Below, in pieces: positions 37,081 through 40,612 of a DNA stretch of 40,612 nt (position 1 is its first letter; each line of letters starts with the position of its first letter). The stretch comes from Escherichia virus TH16. The translations under genes were made by a program, and so were the position numbers. The stretch lies in sequence record MT446393.1; one strand, written 5' to 3'. The notes beneath the pieces were generated by a model. The model saw nothing but the letters and a program-made list of their open reading frames with translations. It had not been told where the DNA came from and did no database searches.

Positions 37081-37778
37081 TAGAAGTCGTAATCGCCACC
37101 AGAGTCGGAGTCGTCACCACCTTCGGAACCATCGTCACTGAAGTCATCAGACCCGAAGTCACCATCGGTTGACGCTTTGTATCCAGTGCCTAGGTCTTCA
37201 TCATCACCCCAGCCACCATCTCCACCAGCACCATCGCCTTTCCATTCCTTCAGTTCTACCAGAAGGCAGGACTCAAGCTGGAGCTTAACGCTTGCACCAG
37301 TCGCAGCGTTCCACTTGAACGGCAGGACTTTAAACTTGACCTTCAGCTTAGACCCTGAGCCAATATTCGGGACGTCACGGATGAGTTTAGCATCGGTGTC
37401 GTAGAACCGTAATACGATAGGCTCTGACTTACCATCCTTCAGGTAAGACGCAAAGCATTTGAACTTCAGGGTAACAGTACCGTCACCATTCTCAATCCAC
37501 GGCATGTCGCCTTCACGCGGCTCGATAGGCTTCTTGCCACGCTGAACCTGAGGCGGGTTCTTCTCGTGGTCTGCGAGTGCTTTCGCATACGCATCGTCGT
37601 GAATCTTCTGTAAGACATCAATCATCTTACGGACCTTCGGGTCTCTCAGGTCGAACGTCAGGTTAACCTTATGCTCACCACGCTCGTTAAACTTGGTGTC
37701 TGCTTTGTTCAGCCATGCGTAAGGCTCAACGATGCCAGCTACCGGAGTGGTGAAAGTCTTCAGTTGCTCTTTAGCCAT
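37080..37778 (-). CDS. gp2.5: Single-stranded DNA-binding protein (232 aa) with acidic C-terminal tail ending in F
   Basis: Length equal to T7 gp2.5; acidic tail ...DDSDSGGDYDF. Confidence 0.95.
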   Translation of the reverse strand: MAKEQLKTFTTPVAGIVEPYAWLNKADTKFNERGEHKVNLTFDLRDPKVRKMIDVLQKIHDDAYAKALADHEKNPPQVQRGKKPIEPREGDMPWIENGDGTVTLKFKCFASYLKDGKSEPIVLRFYDTDAKLIRDVPNIGSGSKLKVKFKVLPFKWNAATGASVKLQLESCLLVELKEWKGDGAGGDGGWGDDEDLGTGYKASTDGDFGSDDFSDDGSEGGDDSDSGGDYDF

Positions 37779-37818
37779 TGGTGTAAATCTCCTAATTTAA
37801 AAGTTACGAACTGGACGT

Positions 37819-37841
37819 CTGTCCTACAGTGATAGTTTAGG
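37819..37841 (-). promoter_or_regulatory. Phage RNAP promoter (phi2.5-like), TACAG variant
   Basis: Minus-strand CTAAACTATCACTGTAGGAC. Confidence 0.55.
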
Positions 37842-37995
37842 TCTCAGGACGAATCCGTCCGACCACAAACCCAGCGTCCTCATACTCTTGGGACTTCATG
37901 GTAGCCTCTTCAAGAGACTTTGCGTACACCGGAACCTCGAAGGACTGAACGCGCCCCTCAAGCTCCACGATGTATTTCTTTTCCTCAAGTCTCAT
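37837..37995 (-). CDS. gp2: gp2-like inhibitor of host RNA polymerase (52 aa from the ATG)
   Basis: [14 protein letters not shown]...GFVVGRIRP resembles remembered T7 Gp2; AAGGAG RBS; track ORF begins with GTG at 38058. Confidence 0.75.
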   Translation of the reverse strand: MRLEEKKYIVELEGRVQSFEVPVYAKSLEEATMKSQEYEDAGFVVGRIRPET

Positions 37996-38073
37996 AGTCC
38001 TTTCTCCTTCCACATATGGTACATGGACAGGTAGTCCACATTCCCGGTTGATACCCACTGCCTAAAGCACCAG

Positions 38074-38514
38074 CTACTTGGAGTCATAGCACTTACCTTT
38101 ATGCAGGTCGAACAGCTCCTGATAGAAGGCTGCTTTGTTCAGGTCCTTCTCCATAGTCGCCAGCTCTGACTTCTTACCAGCCCGAAGTCGATACTTCAGG
38201 ACGTTACCCATGCAGAATCCACGGAACTCGCTGACAGTCATGGACCGGGCGATAATCTCAATGGACTCCACACCGTCAAAGACCTGATAGTGGGATGGCT
38301 TGCGCACACCATCATCACGGACTTCTGGTTTGTCCTGAGCATGATTGGTGATAATTAGTGCGAATTGACAATGTTTAACTGGTTCCATAATCCCCGGCCA
38401 TTTCACCTCTACTGAGTCCCCTGACGGACATACGCTAAGAACCTCACCATCACAGCGGCCAATAAATTGACTAAGTGGCCCAACGTATCGCACAACATCC
38501 CCGACCTTAATCAT
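38074..38514 (-). CDS. gp1.7: gp1.7-like protein (146 aa): conserved C-terminal domain with a different N-terminal region
   Basis: C-terminal KPSHYQVFDGVESIEIIARSMTVSEFRGFCMGNVLKYRLRAGKKSELA matches remembered T7 gp1.7. Confidence 0.7.
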   Translation of the reverse strand: MIKVGDVVRYVGPLSQFIGRCDGEVLSVCPSGDSVEVKWPGIMEPVKHCQFALIITNHAQDKPEVRDDGVRKPSHYQVFDGVESIEIIARSMTVSEFRGFCMGNVLKYRLRAGKKSELATMEKDLNKAAFYQELFDLHKGKCYDSK

Positions 38515-38767
38515 TGACCACCTCCTTCACGAACTCAACGAACAGACGAACGCGAGGCCATTTAGTGTAGACCACAGGTACGCTGGTCTCACGCTTCTGG
38601 CGAGCCTCTTCAGCTTTACCAGGAGTAATCAGAGCGTAGACTGTAGGTGATAGCTTAACGGCCTTCCCGAAGTAGCCCAGCTTCTCGTTGCGCTTAATGC
38701 AAGCGAACGGGTTGTGAGACAGGTGGAATGTACTGGTATAACGATTGAACATTAAGTTCTTAAACAT
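38507..38767 (-). CDS. Hypothetical protein (86 aa) in the gp1.5/1.6 position
   Basis: ATG with AAGGAGG RBS, first gene after the promoter at 38795..38817. Confidence 0.5.
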   Translation of the reverse strand: MFKNLMFNRYTSTFHLSHNPFACIKRNEKLGYFGKAVKLSPTVYALITPGKAEEARQKRETSVPVVYTKWPRVRLFVEFVKEVVND

Positions 38768-38794
38768 TGTCGGCCTCCTTAGGTCGAGTTATGG

Positions 38795-38817
38795 TTGTCC
38801 TATAGTGATAGCTTAGG
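38795..38817 (-). promoter_or_regulatory. Phage RNAP promoter (phi1.5/1.6-like)
   Basis: Minus-strand CCTAAGCTATCACTATAGGACAA. Confidence 0.65.
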
Positions 38818-38894
38818 GTCAGGATGGTGTCCAAGACGATAGCTTGCTATAACAAGCAAAGAAACCCAGCAGTCCGAAGACCACTGGGTTGACA

Positions 38895-39377
38895 TTATAA
38901 TGAATCTCTTAAGGCTACTGCCTCGGCTATGGTCTTGGCATAACGGACCACACGTTCTCCATTAGCAACCTTCTTGATGCAGTATAGCTCTCGGCCTTTC
39001 ACTTTGGAGATGTGACGCTCTCCCGTGGCGTTGGTTGACATCTGGCCTTTGTTCTGGTTGTTCTCTGAGTGAGTCACCAGACGCAGGTTTGAAAGCCTGT
39101 TGTTGGAAGGGTTCCTGTCAATGTGGTCAATCTCCATACCATCTGGTATTTGGCCATATGCAAGTTCCCATATTACCCGATGTACCTGTAGGTGTTTGCG
39201 TCCCCACGGTGTCCTTACGTTTATTGTCCAATAGCCAGAAGTCTTCTTACTACCGACCCTTCTCCCAGAGTTAAGTGCCAGCCCTGAGGCCGACCTTTCA
39301 TCAACCTTAAATCTTGACTGTAGGATTGTCCTCAGTCCCTCGCCATTGGTAGAATGACGGGTGTCGCAGACTTCCAT
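38895..39377 (-). CDS. HNH homing endonuclease with AP2-like domain (about 160 aa from the ATG); overlaps the 3' end of the ligase gene
   Basis: [41 protein letters not shown]; ATG at 39377 with GGAGGAG RBS (track start 39512 is TTG). Confidence 0.8.
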   Translation of the reverse strand: MEVCDTRHSTNGEGLRTILQSRFKVDERSASGLALNSGRRVGSKKTSGYWTINVRTPWGRKHLQVHRVIWELAYGQIPDGMEIDHIDRNPSNNRLSNLRLVTHSENNQNKGQMSTNATGERHISKVKGRELYCIKKVANGERVVRYAKTIAEAVALRDSL

Positions 39378-40338
39378 CTGGTGTCTCCTCCATGTAGGTG
39401 ATTTGACAAGCCCACCCATTGTAGTAATCAGGGTCTGACTTAACGTTATCTGTGAACTCGGACATAAGGGCGCGACTAATGTTAGTTGCGGAGACCTCCA
39501 TCCCGTTCTCAAGCATCACGTCAAATCCGATGACCATGCCCTCGTTGGCTAGGCCATCCGTACCCCACACAGGGCGCACAACATGACCGTCTGCCTCTTC
39601 GCTCGGCTTCATCTTCCACATGCCAGACTTCTTGCCACGCTTCCAGCGTCCAAGAGGGTCTTTAACTACCAGACCTTCTTGCCCATCTGCGCGCTTCTCT
39701 TCGTACAAATCCTGAAGAGACTCAAGGTCGTACACTGTATGACTCTCAGATAATACCCAGTCGATTTCCGGGAAGTATTTCTGGAGGAGAGGGACGATAG
39801 CTTCGGCCTTCAGGCGAGTGACGCTATGGATAGGGCCTTCGGCTTTCGGGTCGGTGATGACGTTAAGGTCCACGATACCGTAGACGACCACCTTGATATG
39901 GGCTCGGTCCAGCCTGAACTGAGTAGTCTTGGACTTGAGGTCCCAATCGCCATCGTGGAAGTCGTAGTTTTTAGACTTGACATACTTCGTGCGAATGAGA
40001 CCTGAAGACGTATTGAAGTCCACTCCTTTTACCATGACCTCGCCATCAATCATCAGGCCAGTGCCTTCGTATCCAGCCTGCTTCAGGAACCACAGCCAGT
40101 CGCTAGACTCGGTCTCCCAGAGGTCCTCTCGAGAAGTGTCCAGCCAGCTCAGGGCCGGAAGTGACTTAGACTCACGGCTCAACCATTGGGTCTCACCAGT
40201 AGGGAAGACCGGGAGGTTCAACCGGACACCATCGTACTTCACTTCAGCTTCCAGCGACCCAGCAGCTTCCAGAGCCTTCTTAACGCCAGACTCAGAGTAA
40301 TCTACAGCGCGGTGCGGGTTAGTTTTAATAGTTGTCAT
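39307..40338 (-). CDS. gp1.3: ATP-dependent DNA ligase (343 aa from the ATG); its 5' part is duplicated at 1..394
   Basis: KYDGVR adenylation motif and strong similarity to T7 ligase (MKPSEEADG, DGSLRHPSF..RGTEDNP); GGAG RBS before the ATG at 40338. Confidence 0.95.
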   Translation of the reverse strand: MTTIKTNPHRAVDYSESGVKKALEAAGSLEAEVKYDGVRLNLPVFPTGETQWLSRESKSLPALSWLDTSREDLWETESSDWLWFLKQAGYEGTGLMIDGEVMVKGVDFNTSSGLIRTKYVKSKNYDFHDGDWDLKSKTTQFRLDRAHIKVVVYGIVDLNVITDPKAEGPIHSVTRLKAEAIVPLLQKYFPEIDWVLSESHTVYDLESLQDLYEEKRADGQEGLVVKDPLGRWKRGKKSGMWKMKPSEEADGHVVRPVWGTDGLANEGMVIGFDVMLENGMEVSATNISRALMSEFTDNVKSDPDYYNGWACQITYMEETPDGSLRHPSFYQWRGTEDNPTVKI

Positions 40339-40612
40339 TGTGTTATCTCCATGTGTCGAGTTGGTTAGCGAGACAGTTAAGGAAGCCTGTGGCAGTGTTG
40401 TACAGTACGTCTTCATCGCGGTGTGCGAAGATCTTAAGCGCGAAGATGTTACCAGCTCGGTCCTCGACTTGAAGTCTCATGAACTCTTTCCGAAGATGCG
40501 CCTCGTACCAGTCCTGCTGTATCACGCAGAAGTCTAACTGATATAGTCGGTTACACGCTGCTTTGAAAGCGTTTAGGTTGCCACTGTAAAGTCTGCCCAT
40601 AGCGTTATGCTC

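Overview
The window is an essentially complete genome of a lytic T7-like podophage (Autographiviridae-type), reverse-complemented so that every supported gene is on the minus strand, and circularly permuted so that it starts inside the DNA ligase gene. The first 668 bp (1..668) are duplicated at 39945..40612, so the unique unit is 39,944 bp. Gene order on the minus strand follows T7: early genes, protein kinase-like gp0.7, RNA polymerase, gp1.1, gp1.2, ligase, gp1.7, gp2, SSB, endonuclease I, lysozyme, primase-helicase, DNA polymerase, exonuclease, portal, scaffold, capsid, tail tube, core proteins, tail fibre, holin, small terminase, Rz/Rz1 and large terminase. I found 11 copies of a phage promoter whose minus-strand consensus is close to ACTAAACTATCACTATAGGGAGA, a T-phi-like terminator after the capsid gene, and a conserved GGTTTTC slippery site followed by a 94-codon open -1 frame (a 10B-like capsid extension). 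The collapsed genome terminus sits near 6330..6502. I did not find a clear multi-gene defence or other novel system. Novelty is most likely in the accessory genes: the uncharacterised early genes in the Ocr/SAMase position, a strongly acidic 150-aa protein in the gp5.9 position, a 156-aa orphan between endonuclease I and lysozyme, a DUF3850/ASCH-like gene between gp11 and gp12, three HNH endonucleases, and a non-T7 tail-fibre C-terminal region. All homology statements rest on reading the translations and on remembered T7/T3 sequences; no database search was run. The ORF track uses GTG/TTG as well as ATG starts, so several starts below were re-picked by hand from RBS context.
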